Below, one piece after another: positions 54,110-62,326 of a DNA stretch of 64,000 bases. The notes beneath the pieces are model-generated. The model searched no databases. It was not told the DNA's origin and worked only from the letters and a program-made list of their open reading frames with translations. The number at the start of each line of letters is the position of its first letter. Position 1 is the stretch's first letter. The translations under genes were made by a program, and so were the position numbers. Source of the DNA: a virus (Duplodnaviria > Caudoviricetes); IMG/VR virus record IMGVR_UViG_3300021256_000056, positions 96,001 to 160,000 of that record; one strand, 5' to 3'.

Positions 54110-56752
54110 TTACTGGTCAAATGAGACGCTTTCTGGATAAATTGTAAATGTGAGGTCGATGTATTCAAGAGTAGGTGTTGGCTTAATCTTGATTGTGCAA
54201 GGGAGAGTGTGTGCATCTCTTGCTTCGACTGAATCATCTACAATAATTTGGTAGTCGTAAATACCTCTATTTGCTTTCACATTAGCAAGGATAGGGTCAA
54301 CGATGCTCATGAATTGATTCTTCAAAGTATCATCATACTGGTCGAAGATGAGTTGTTTAGCGCTTGAGCTAATAAGTTTCTTAACTCTAATCATGAGACG
54401 ACGTACATTGACACGATTGAGAGGGCTATCTACATTATACATGGTCTTGTTACCCCAAATCTTAACACCGTCAACTGCAAATGTCTTTACGGGGTTAATA
54501 CCTGCAGCATATACAGTATCTTCGTCATCAAGTTTGGTCTTAAGGCAAGCACGTACGCAATTAACATTACCGCGGTTAATACCTGCAGGTGCAAACCAAG
54601 GATATGCGGTGTTATCTGTGTAGGCAAGATTTCTAACAACGTCTTTTGTTACAGGGAGGTCGATGTAGATATTCTCACTTGCATCGAAGAATTTAATCCA
54701 AGGCCAATATGTTGAAGCGTATGATGAGTTGATTGAAGTATTTTCAAGCTTATCAACAACTTCGTCGGCAGTTTCAGAGTTAGGTGCAGTGGGTATATAG
54801 AGTGCATCACCACCGCGTCCGTCATCACTATCTTCAATCATATCGAGAGCGTCTTCAACAAGGAGCTCGTTGCGGTCCCAATCAATACCAGGGGTTGCAA
54901 AAATGTTAATATCGTAACCCTCAGGATTTGCGAACTGACGATAGGCACCAAGGAATGCATAGTAATCGCTATTGATTGCATTGATAGGCAGGTCAAGATT
55001 TGCCTCGATATCCCCTTCAATTTGTGTATATGCTGTTCCAGTATACTTGTTAGCTTTAAACTCATCAGTATTGGTTCTTTCTTTCCTGCGAACATCCCAA
55101 CCATCAAATCCACCGTAGAAACATACAGTAAACTTACGGATGTTAGTATCAGCATAAAGTGTATCCTTCATGTATTCCTCTGAAAGAATTCTAGGAATCT
55201 TGTTGGTTTTATCAGCGATGCCCGTTGTTCCATCTACTGCGGTAAATACACATGTACTAATGCCGCTAACACCTAATACGGTAGCGGTTTTTCCGCCGCA
55301 AAGATTCATAATTGAATCAAGATGGAAACCGTTAGACATTTCGGTCCCTGCTACGTCACCCTTAAATTTGAGGACGTCAACATCAACACCGACTCTGCTT
55401 GAGAAACCGAAATATTGTCTCTTTGCTTTGACATTGTAATCAAATGTTGTGTTATAGCATACTGGGAAATTCTTAGTTCCATCTGTGAACTTATGGAGAG
55501 GATATCCAAGGAATCCACAAGGTACTGAATCCGCGATAAGAGCTTCATCTTCATTCATTTCAAGAGCAATGTACTTAGACTTAAGCTCGTATGCTCCGTC
55601 GATAGTACCAATGCGAAGAGCAACATAATTCTTGCTTCCCTTTACGAGATTACATCCAGAGAATTTCTCAAGAATGACGGGTGAACTATCGCTGTCGCCC
55701 ATTGGCCTTACAACAAGGTCGAAAGTCTTCTCGTTTGGTTTAATATTCTGAATGGAGATTTTAACTTCGGAATTAGCATTGTCACCATCAGAGAGCGTGT
55801 ATGCACGGAAGAGTGCGAGTACGCTGGCAGTACTACTTGTGGTTCCCGTTACTTTGGAATCAGCTTGTGAGACAAGCCAAGGTGTAACGGCGCATTTATA
55901 AGCAGATTTATAGTCATTCAATTTGGCTTCAGCTGTTAATTTCTCAACTTTAATTGTGAAACTTGCTCCACTATCAAGCTTTTCAATCATATCCCTGATT
56001 GCATAGTCGTAAACCTCCTCAACATAGAGAAGACCGTTACCACCTAGAGGGTCACCACCAAGTACATTATAGATATAATCCTTGTCGCCATAATTCAATG
56101 AAACGCTATACTCACTAGTAGCGGTACTAGCGCTCACACTCACTTTAAGAGTGAATTTACCTAAATTTTCGGATGTTATGGTTGTACCACTTGTTTCTGC
56201 GGTGGTTGCCTTAATTACATTACAATTGCCGTCATAAATAACTTCCTTATATTCAGAAACTTCAACACCAGCAACATACTCATTGTATGCATCACCACTA
56301 GGGGTTGCGCACCCGCCACCCTGGCTTTTACCGAATTTGCCTTTTGAGCGTAATACGGCTACTGCATAAGTACCGTTGAGTGCTGTATTGCTAGTATTAT
56401 TAGAAACCGTAGCCCTTACAACCCATGCTTTTCCTGCTTCGTAGCCAGAAAGACCAAGTACGCGGCAAACATAGAGTTGTTTCGACTCTTTTAGGTATTC
56501 TTTTGCAATATATGGCAATTCATATTTAGGTAGGCCATTACCCTTATACTTCTCTGCAGAAGTAGGGCCAAAATAGTCTTCATATTCAGACCATTTTTCT
56601 ACTTTAATAGGTTCGAACGCGGGTCCCTTTACTGTTTCACCAGCAAGACCAAGGCTGGTTATACCCAGGCTTTTAACTGAATAAGTAACATCCTGTTCCT
56701 TACTGTAAATACCTGGAGAAACATGGTTCCCTCTTGCATTGTTTATAATCAT
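54110..56752 (-). CDS. Tail sheath protein (T4 gp18-like)
   Basis: VSPGIYSKEQD..GETVKGPAFEP; FYGGFDG; YASTYWPW; PWFAPAGINRG; INPV..GVKIWGNKT..LNRVNVRRL; IKPTPTLEYI. Confidence 0.95.
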   Translation of the reverse strand: MIINNARGNHVSPGIYSKEQDVTYSVKSLGITSLGLAGETVKGPAFEPIKVEKWSEYEDYFGPTSAEKYKGNGLPKYELPYIAKEYLKESKQLYVCRVLGLSGYEAGKAWVVRATVSNNTSNTALNGTYAVAVLRSKGKFGKSQGGGCATPSGDAYNEYVAGVEVSEYKEVIYDGNCNVIKATTAETSGTTITSENLGKFTLKVSVSASTATSEYSVSLNYGDKDYIYNVLGGDPLGGNGLLYVEEVYDYAIRDMIEKLDSGASFTIKVEKLTAEAKLNDYKSAYKCAVTPWLVSQADSKVTGTTSSTASVLALFRAYTLSDGDNANSEVKISIQNIKPNEKTFDLVVRPMGDSDSSPVILEKFSGCNLVKGSKNYVALRIGTIDGAYELKSKYIALEMNEDEALIADSVPCGFLGYPLHKFTDGTKNFPVCYNTTFDYNVKAKRQYFGFSSRVGVDVDVLKFKGDVAGTEMSNGFHLDSIMNLCGGKTATVLGVSGISTCVFTAVDGTTGIADKTNKIPRILSEEYMKDTLYADTNIRKFTVCFYGGFDGWDVRRKERTNTDEFKANKYTGTAYTQIEGDIEANLDLPINAINSDYYAFLGAYRQFANPEGYDINIFATPGIDWDRNELLVEDALDMIEDSDDGRGGDALYIPTAPNSETADEVVDKLENTSINSSYASTYWPWIKFFDASENIYIDLPVTKDVVRNLAYTDNTAYPWFAPAGINRGNVNCVRACLKTKLDDEDTVYAAGINPVKTFAVDGVKIWGNKTMYNVDSPLNRVNVRRLMIRVKKLISSSAKQLIFDQYDDTLKNQFMSIVDPILANVKANRGIYDYQIIVDDSVEARDAHTLPCTIKIKPTPTLEYIDLTFTIYPESVSFDQ

Positions 56753-56789
56753 CTTTTTAAGCCTTTATAATTGTCTTATTATTTTCTTA

Positions 56790-56797
56790 ATAAATAG
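56790..56797 (-). promoter_or_regulatory. Putative late promoter CTATTTAT (sheath)
   Basis: About 37 nt upstream of the sheath ATG. Confidence 0.6.
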
Positions 56798-56845
56798 CGT
56801 TAAATATCCAAAAAATCTAAATAGTACATGTGAAAAACATTAATT

Positions 56846-58048
56846 TTAAAGTAATTCGCATTTTACATCTTTCTCTTCAACTATAGTTTCGTCATCTTTT
56901 GTTTCAACGTTAATGTCTTTACATAGTTGTTTTCTATCTAGTTCGCTTTCTACATCATCTTCTCTTTGGTCAAATACCACATCTGGATTATATCCTCGTA
57001 TGATTATACTACCCTCGGAATCTTTCTTAGTTTTGGATAATCCATAAAATCTCAGACTATCACCTTCCTTGAACTCCATTCCTGGTATGAATTCTGCCAT
57101 CGCGCCATTGATTCTGATTTTAAAGTCGGTAATATTATCTAATACTACATCCTCAACCTTAAAATGTGTATTCATGGTAAATGTCACCTCATTTTCACAG
57201 GGTTTAAAATACATATTCAGTTTCAGTGGTTGGAAATAATATGGTGTTTCTTGGGTACCACAAGGGTCTATTTCCTCTATTTCAACATATGCACTATTTT
57301 TAATATTTTCTGGTCCTCCAAAGCGCATTTTTAATACTGGAACCTCTTCGGTTATCATATCTTCCTCGTTAATTATATACGCCATTACCCTGATTTCATA
57401 TGATTGAGAGAAGTATTGTCTGTCGTCCATACTATACTCTGACTCATCGGATATGTTTTCAAGTTTCATTGGAATAAAGTGCCCATTTGGGCGTATATAA
57501 CACTGTATGGCTTTAAATTTATCATTAACCAGTAAGTTAAAGTCATTAAGGAGTTCATATTTGTTAGTTACAAGACTTACAGTATATATCAAATCAACGC
57601 AATAAGGCTGCCTCATCCTATAATCCAAGAAATAGGGGCGTCCATTTTTATCCTGCATTAATGCTCTCTTCATCAAATATGTTCTATTCCCTGGTATGTT
57701 CATGTTTTTATCATGAAGCGTACCTTGTTGGGGGTTGTTTTCCCTTGTAAGAACTTTAAAATTCATCAGCATATTTTTCTGGTCGTCATTGTTCTCCCAA
57801 GTTTCCATGTATTCAGAAAATCGCTGAGCGGAAAAGAGCGCAACGGTAGGTATATCTTTATCTTCAAAAGTAATAGCTAAATCTTTTTCAACCCATTCCT
57901 TAAATGCAATATCAATGTCTTTATATACTAGCGTATTAGGGAGAGGCGTGGAATCTTTGAGGACCTCCTTTACAAGGTTCTCTCTTCCCTCGATTGGGTC
58001 GGGAGTTCTCTTTAATTTGATTATATTTTTATATTTTCTCTGTCCCAT
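56846..58048 (-). CDS. Tail terminator / neck protein (T4 gp15-like, tentative)
   Basis: Between the neck and sheath genes; DIDIAF..QP..VDLIYTV..LNDF pattern. Confidence 0.55.
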   Translation of the reverse strand: MGQRKYKNIIKLKRTPDPIEGRENLVKEVLKDSTPLPNTLVYKDIDIAFKEWVEKDLAITFEDKDIPTVALFSAQRFSEYMETWENNDDQKNMLMNFKVLTRENNPQQGTLHDKNMNIPGNRTYLMKRALMQDKNGRPYFLDYRMRQPYCVDLIYTVSLVTNKYELLNDFNLLVNDKFKAIQCYIRPNGHFIPMKLENISDESEYSMDDRQYFSQSYEIRVMAYIINEEDMITEEVPVLKMRFGGPENIKNSAYVEIEEIDPCGTQETPYYFQPLKLNMYFKPCENEVTFTMNTHFKVEDVVLDNITDFKIRINGAMAEFIPGMEFKEGDSLRFYGLSKTKKDSEGSIIIRGYNPDVVFDQREDDVESELDRKQLCKDINVETKDDETIVEEKDVKCELL

Positions 58049-58594
58049 TTATCCATTAAACTCATTAGCATCTACGGGTGCGCAACTTATATCTCGGTAT
58101 AGTGGTCGCGTACCGTACAACGTATTCTTATTGGCATATGAATCAACTCTTCCATCATCCGTTACAGTCCAGAATTCAATATGTTCAGGAGTAACTTGAA
58201 CTCCGACATAATCACCTCTCTTAATATCACAGCCATATTCTTCAAGGGTTGATATAAATACCCCAAACGTAAGTTTTCCGATTTTAGCATACCTTCCCCT
58301 TACTTGTTTTGAGTCGTACGCCTTCATTTCAGCTTCATCGACTGTGAAAACGACTGGCAATTCTATCGGCTCCTTGAATCGTATCGCATTTTTCTGGGCC
58401 TCCTGGTAAATATCACTGACTTTAGTCTTATCCATATCTACTTGATAAAGTATAATAGTCTGATTCATATCCTCTTCTATATACTCTTTACCAAAGTCAA
58501 CCTCCAAGTCAAACTCTTCCTTGCAAAAGAATTTGTTGTTACGTTTAATAGGATTACGCCTACGCATAGAGGTATTATTAAATTGTACACCCAT
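58049..58594 (-). CDS. Head closure / neck protein (T4 gp14-like, tentative)
   Basis: IILYQVD..DIYQEA..F..P.E; DIKRGDY; upstream of the terminator and sheath genes; preceded by CTATTTAT. Confidence 0.55.
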   Translation of the reverse strand: MGVQFNNTSMRRRNPIKRNNKFFCKEEFDLEVDFGKEYIEEDMNQTIILYQVDMDKTKVSDIYQEAQKNAIRFKEPIELPVVFTVDEAEMKAYDSKQVRGRYAKIGKLTFGVFISTLEEYGCDIKRGDYVGVQVTPEHIEFWTVTDDGRVDSYANKNTLYGTRPLYRDISCAPVDANEFNG

Positions 58595-58614
58595 AATCTT
58601 CAGAGTCTTTCTTG

Positions 58615-58622
58615 ATAAATAG
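58615..58622 (-). promoter_or_regulatory. Putative late promoter CTATTTAT (neck operon)
   Basis: About 20 nt upstream of 58594. Confidence 0.6.
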
Positions 58623-58749
58623 TTTGGAAAATGTAATTAGCGGATTTATGGGTCCCTGTTCATATGGTTAGAAGAGGTCATTCCTATTCATAATTTACTA
58701 GTAGATGATTTATATAGTAATACTGTTCTTTCTTTTTTTTTCTTTTTTA

Positions 58750-58796
58750 ATTTAATAATATATTATTAAATAATATTAATTAACCGCGTGCACGCG
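58750..58796. repeat. Adjacent AT-only 22-bp and GC-rich 12-bp perfect palindromes at the divergence point
   Basis: ATTTAATAATATATTATTAAAT (58750-58771) and CGCGTGCACGCG (58785-58796). Confidence 0.85.
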
Positions 58797-58824
58797 TGTA
58801 ATGCCTTTAAAGTCCTATCCTTTT

Positions 58825-58856
58825 CTTGTTTTTTTAAAGTAAAATTTGTATTTTTT
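58825..58856 (+). promoter_or_regulatory. Variant Bacteroidota promoter (CTTG-N20-TATTTTTT)
   Basis: Upstream of the SNF2 ATG at 58873. Confidence 0.5.
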
Positions 58857-58872
58857 AGCATATTGTATAGAA

Positions 58873-60897
58873 ATGGCAACAGTAAAAGCGACGAATAGCG
58901 CCTTAGAGCATTTAAAAACATATGAGGGTAATAATCCGTACCTCCACATGCTTAAACGTGATATTTTTGTAAAAAATATATCTAGTGCTCTAACGGATAA
59001 TACTATTGAATACATCAACTCGAATTATGATAAAGAGCCAATACCAATAAATCGAATCACAAAAGTCGCCGATTGGTTTGCTAAGACATGTCAGGAGAAG
59101 TGGGATTGCGATATTCTTCCAAACAAATTAAAAATCATCAGTTTAATCGGAGAAACAAAAGAGGCATATCATTGCTATGTTCAATATCGTAAAAGTGTTG
59201 AACCTCAAATGCTATTCATACCCAAAAAGGCTGTCTTGCGCAACTTTTTAGTAGATGATTACACGAAACTTGTTGTCAATTTTGAAAGATATGACCGTCT
59301 TTCCGCTTCTAGAAATCCAGAAGCACCAAGAAATCTTATGGAACACCAAAAAGAAGCAATCAAATTTCTTCTATCAAGGAAGAAATGCGTCTTGGCTGAT
59401 GATATGGGATTAGGAAAAAGCACGGAGGCTACCGTCGCGGCGATAGAAGGAAATTTCGACGCAGTTCTCATTATATGTCCCGCTGGATTAAAATCAAATT
59501 GGTTGAAAGAACTAAGTGTGTATATCCCCGAACGTGAAATTACAATTATTGGCGGGTGCGCAGACATGAAGAAACCAGAAATTGAGAAATATCTCGGATA
59601 TGGTGTTGGGCGCTCAGGAAAAAACCTACCTGAGTTACTTGCAGAGGCAAAAGAAAGGGGAAAATGGAACGATAATCGTTTTGTAATCATCAATTACGAT
59701 ATTTTAGGGGATGTCTATTCAATTCCCGAGACGCGGAGTAAGGAAAATATTGAAAAAGCGCTCAATGAAAGCCCAATGCTTCAGTATGTAAAGGGTAAAA
59801 AAACGCTAATCATAATCGACGAGGCACATAAGTTATCAAATTTAAAGGCAGGACGCTATAAAATCGTAAACGACTTGATTAAAAGGTGTAATCCAGATAG
59901 TTTATATTTACTTACGGGAACGCCAATCACGAACGACCCTGAAAATTTCTTCAATTTGTTATATCTTTTGGGTGACTCAATAACAGATAATTGGCAATAT
60001 TACATGGAGCGTTATTGTGATGCCATAAAAGTACCGAAAGATGAGTTTGAAAAAGCTAAAAGAGATAGAATAACACGAGAATACTTAACAAAGAAAGGCA
60101 AAAATTCTTGGCACGATTTGTCTGGAGACGAAAAGAAGGTACTTTCCGATAAAATAGCACGTGAATGTAAAATGAGGACCATACCGAAAGGCGCCTCGAA
60201 TTTAGAGGAGTTAAAGGATAGAACATCACATCTCTACCTAAGGCGCACCAAGGAAGATTTAAATACTCTACCCCCAATTTTTACCCACGAAAGATTCTTT
60301 AATCTAACAAGTGAACAGCAGGCAGAATATGATAGGCTATGGGAAGAATATGAGATTGCAAAGAAAGAAGAAGGAATAAACGGCGACCTTAACAAAGAAC
60401 TTCTCGAAGGTGGACTTTATCGTAAATATCTATCCAATCAAATGGTCCCGCATACGATTAGTCTGGTAAATAAATGTCTTGAACGCGGAGAGAAGGTTGT
60501 GATTGCATGTTGCTATGATGAAGAACTCTATACTTTACGGGACTATTATAAAGAGCAGTGCGTAATATATAACGGAAAAATTTCTCTTAAAGAAAAGGAT
60601 GAGGCAGTACAAAAATTTAATAATGACCCCAATGTAAATGTGTTTATTGGAAACATAAACGCTGCTGGCGTTGGAATTACGCTAATCGGCGGGCGTGTGC
60701 TAGTATTTAACAATATCTCATTTGTCCCAGGCGATAATGACCAGATGCGTGATAGAATCTACAGGATTGGCCAAAAGCGGGATGTCCATATTTTCTATCA
60801 AATTTTTAGAAATACTCAATACGAAAAAATGTGGAATATAGTGCTCAGAAAAGCTTTAATAATAAATGAAGTTATTAAAAAAGAAAGTGAAAAATGA
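58873..60897 (+). CDS. SNF2/HARP-like (SMARCAL1-type) DEAH helicase
   Basis: LMEHQKEAI, LADDMGLGKS, IICPA..NW, IINYD, IIDEAH, LTGTPI.N, LRRTK, GVGITL, QMRDRIYRIGQ. ATG 58873 preferred because the track's TTG start overlaps the promoter. Confidence 0.92.
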   Translation: MATVKATNSALEHLKTYEGNNPYLHMLKRDIFVKNISSALTDNTIEYINSNYDKEPIPINRITKVADWFAKTCQEKWDCDILPNKLKIISLIGETKEAYHCYVQYRKSVEPQMLFIPKKAVLRNFLVDDYTKLVVNFERYDRLSASRNPEAPRNLMEHQKEAIKFLLSRKKCVLADDMGLGKSTEATVAAIEGNFDAVLIICPAGLKSNWLKELSVYIPEREITIIGGCADMKKPEIEKYLGYGVGRSGKNLPELLAEAKERGKWNDNRFVIINYDILGDVYSIPETRSKENIEKALNESPMLQYVKGKKTLIIIDEAHKLSNLKAGRYKIVNDLIKRCNPDSLYLLTGTPITNDPENFFNLLYLLGDSITDNWQYYMERYCDAIKVPKDEFEKAKRDRITREYLTKKGKNSWHDLSGDEKKVLSDKIARECKMRTIPKGASNLEELKDRTSHLYLRRTKEDLNTLPPIFTHERFFNLTSEQQAEYDRLWEEYEIAKKEEGINGDLNKELLEGGLYRKYLSNQMVPHTISLVNKCLERGEKVVIACCYDEELYTLRDYYKEQCVIYNGKISLKEKDEAVQKFNNDPNVNVFIGNINAAGVGITLIGGRVLVFNNISFVPGDNDQMRDRIYRIGQKRDVHIFYQIFRNTQYEKMWNIVLRKALIINEVIKKESEK

Positions 60898-61376
60898 AAA
60901 CAAAAGTTAAGTGGAACAAACTTAAATGGGTAACAGAACTTATTGATAGTGAAAATGTTAAGGTAGAGAGGCCCAATATGGTAGAAGAAACCATATATAA
61001 TTTTGACGATATGGTTGATGCTTGGACTCTTTTTATGCATAACATTGAATTAGAAAAATATACCGCCTATTGGGATGTATCGGAAACCCCTGATGTGCTA
61101 GGTGTAACAATTTATGATGAAGACGGTGGCATTATGACAACCATAATGAAGTGGAATACTTGGGATGAAGATGTAATTTCTACGTATGGTATTCATTATC
61201 TGTATCCAAATAGCAATGTAGAGATATACCATAACAGACAAGAATGGGTGGATAGAATTAATGAATTAGACCCCGAATTCTCCTGGGAGCCAGCAGAAAA
61301 CAATATGATGGTTTATATTGGCTCAAAATTCATTGTTACGGTAGATTATCAACTTAAAAAGAAAGAAAATGATTGA
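60894..61376 (+). CDS. Hypothetical protein (160 aa)
   Basis: ATGA overlap with the SNF2 stop; acidic and Trp-rich. Confidence 0.7.
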   Translation: MKTKVKWNKLKWVTELIDSENVKVERPNMVEETIYNFDDMVDAWTLFMHNIELEKYTAYWDVSETPDVLGVTIYDEDGGIMTTIMKWNTWDEDVISTYGIHYLYPNSNVEIYHNRQEWVDRINELDPEFSWEPAENNMMVYIGSKFIVTVDYQLKKKEND

Positions 61377-61848
61377 GGACCAGCAATATTTAGCATTCGC
61401 AGACTTCATTGGTACCACAATTGATGGACAATACCGCTATCGTCTAGATTTTTCACAAGCACCCGAAGTTGTATGGGGTGAGGACTGGAACAGTACACCA
61501 GCGGGAATAATTCCGAATATTGCCCCCGATGCAAATACACTTTCAATTACAGGGGAAATTGTATCAGAAAAACGTTTCCTTTTAGCCAAAGAGAATACAT
61601 GTTTTTCAATGCAGGACTGTATTGATGGAATAATCCCTCTTTTATTCACAGATATAAATGACAATGACATGATAGTGTTACCTTTTGGGATGAAAAAAGA
61701 GGATGTCGAGGAAGTGCTTTCTCAAAACAATATAGTCTTAGAAAACATCAAACGGGTAAACGAGGAAAAAGATAATGCAGTTATAAACAGCCTTATAAAC
61801 ACCCTCGAACAACAAAATGATGAAGGAGGAGAAGATAATGAACAATAA
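61369..61848 (+). CDS. Hypothetical protein, paralog A (159 aa)
   Basis: Overlapping operon gene; aligns by eye with the next ORF. Confidence 0.75.
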   Translation: MIEDQQYLAFADFIGTTIDGQYRYRLDFSQAPEVVWGEDWNSTPAGIIPNIAPDANTLSITGEIVSEKRFLLAKENTCFSMQDCIDGIIPLLFTDINDNDMIVLPFGMKKEDVEEVLSQNNIVLENIKRVNEEKDNAVINSLINTLEQQNDEGGEDNEQ

Positions 61849-62236
61849 AAATGCGCAATTAATTTTCATTAAGCCCAAGGGAACCGTTTTGGGGCAATAT
61901 GAATATGATTTTCTTTTTAGCGAAACACCCGAAATTGTCTACGGACCCGACTGGGACTACCCCAACCCCTCCATATGCAGCAATGTAAACCCAGACCCAA
62001 CAACATACGACATTATTAAAAGTGTTAGGACAACCCTTCCGTTAAAAACCATACAAGAAACATCCTGTTATTCCATGGAATATGCCATGAATGGTATTAT
62101 CGCCTTAGGGTGGATTGATATAGAAGGCCTTGAAGAATATCCAGAAAATGGACGCATGGTTTTTCATTATGGTGATGATATGGAAAAAGTTATAAGTCTA
62201 TTAGACTTATATGACTATCATTTTGACGAAGAATAA
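61838..62236 (+). CDS. Hypothetical protein, paralog B (about 132 aa)
   Basis: Likely start ATG 61838 (MNNKNAQL); aligns with the preceding ORF. Confidence 0.75.
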   Translation: MNNKNAQLIFIKPKGTVLGQYEYDFLFSETPEIVYGPDWDYPNPSICSNVNPDPTTYDIIKSVRTTLPLKTIQETSCYSMEYAMNGIIALGWIDIEGLEEYPENGRMVFHYGDDMEKVISLLDLYDYHFDEE

Positions 62237-62243
62237 TTGTTTA

Positions 62244-62275
62244 TTTGTTTTTATCTTTTTTTCTTTATACTTTTG
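62244..62275 (+). promoter_or_regulatory. Bacteroidota primary-sigma promoter (TTTG-N20-TACTTTTG)
   Basis: Upstream of the DNA polymerase. Confidence 0.75.
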
Positions 62276-62326
62276 TTGTGGGAAACTCGAGAGATTCGGG
62301 TTATTGTTTAATTTAAAGAAAAATTT

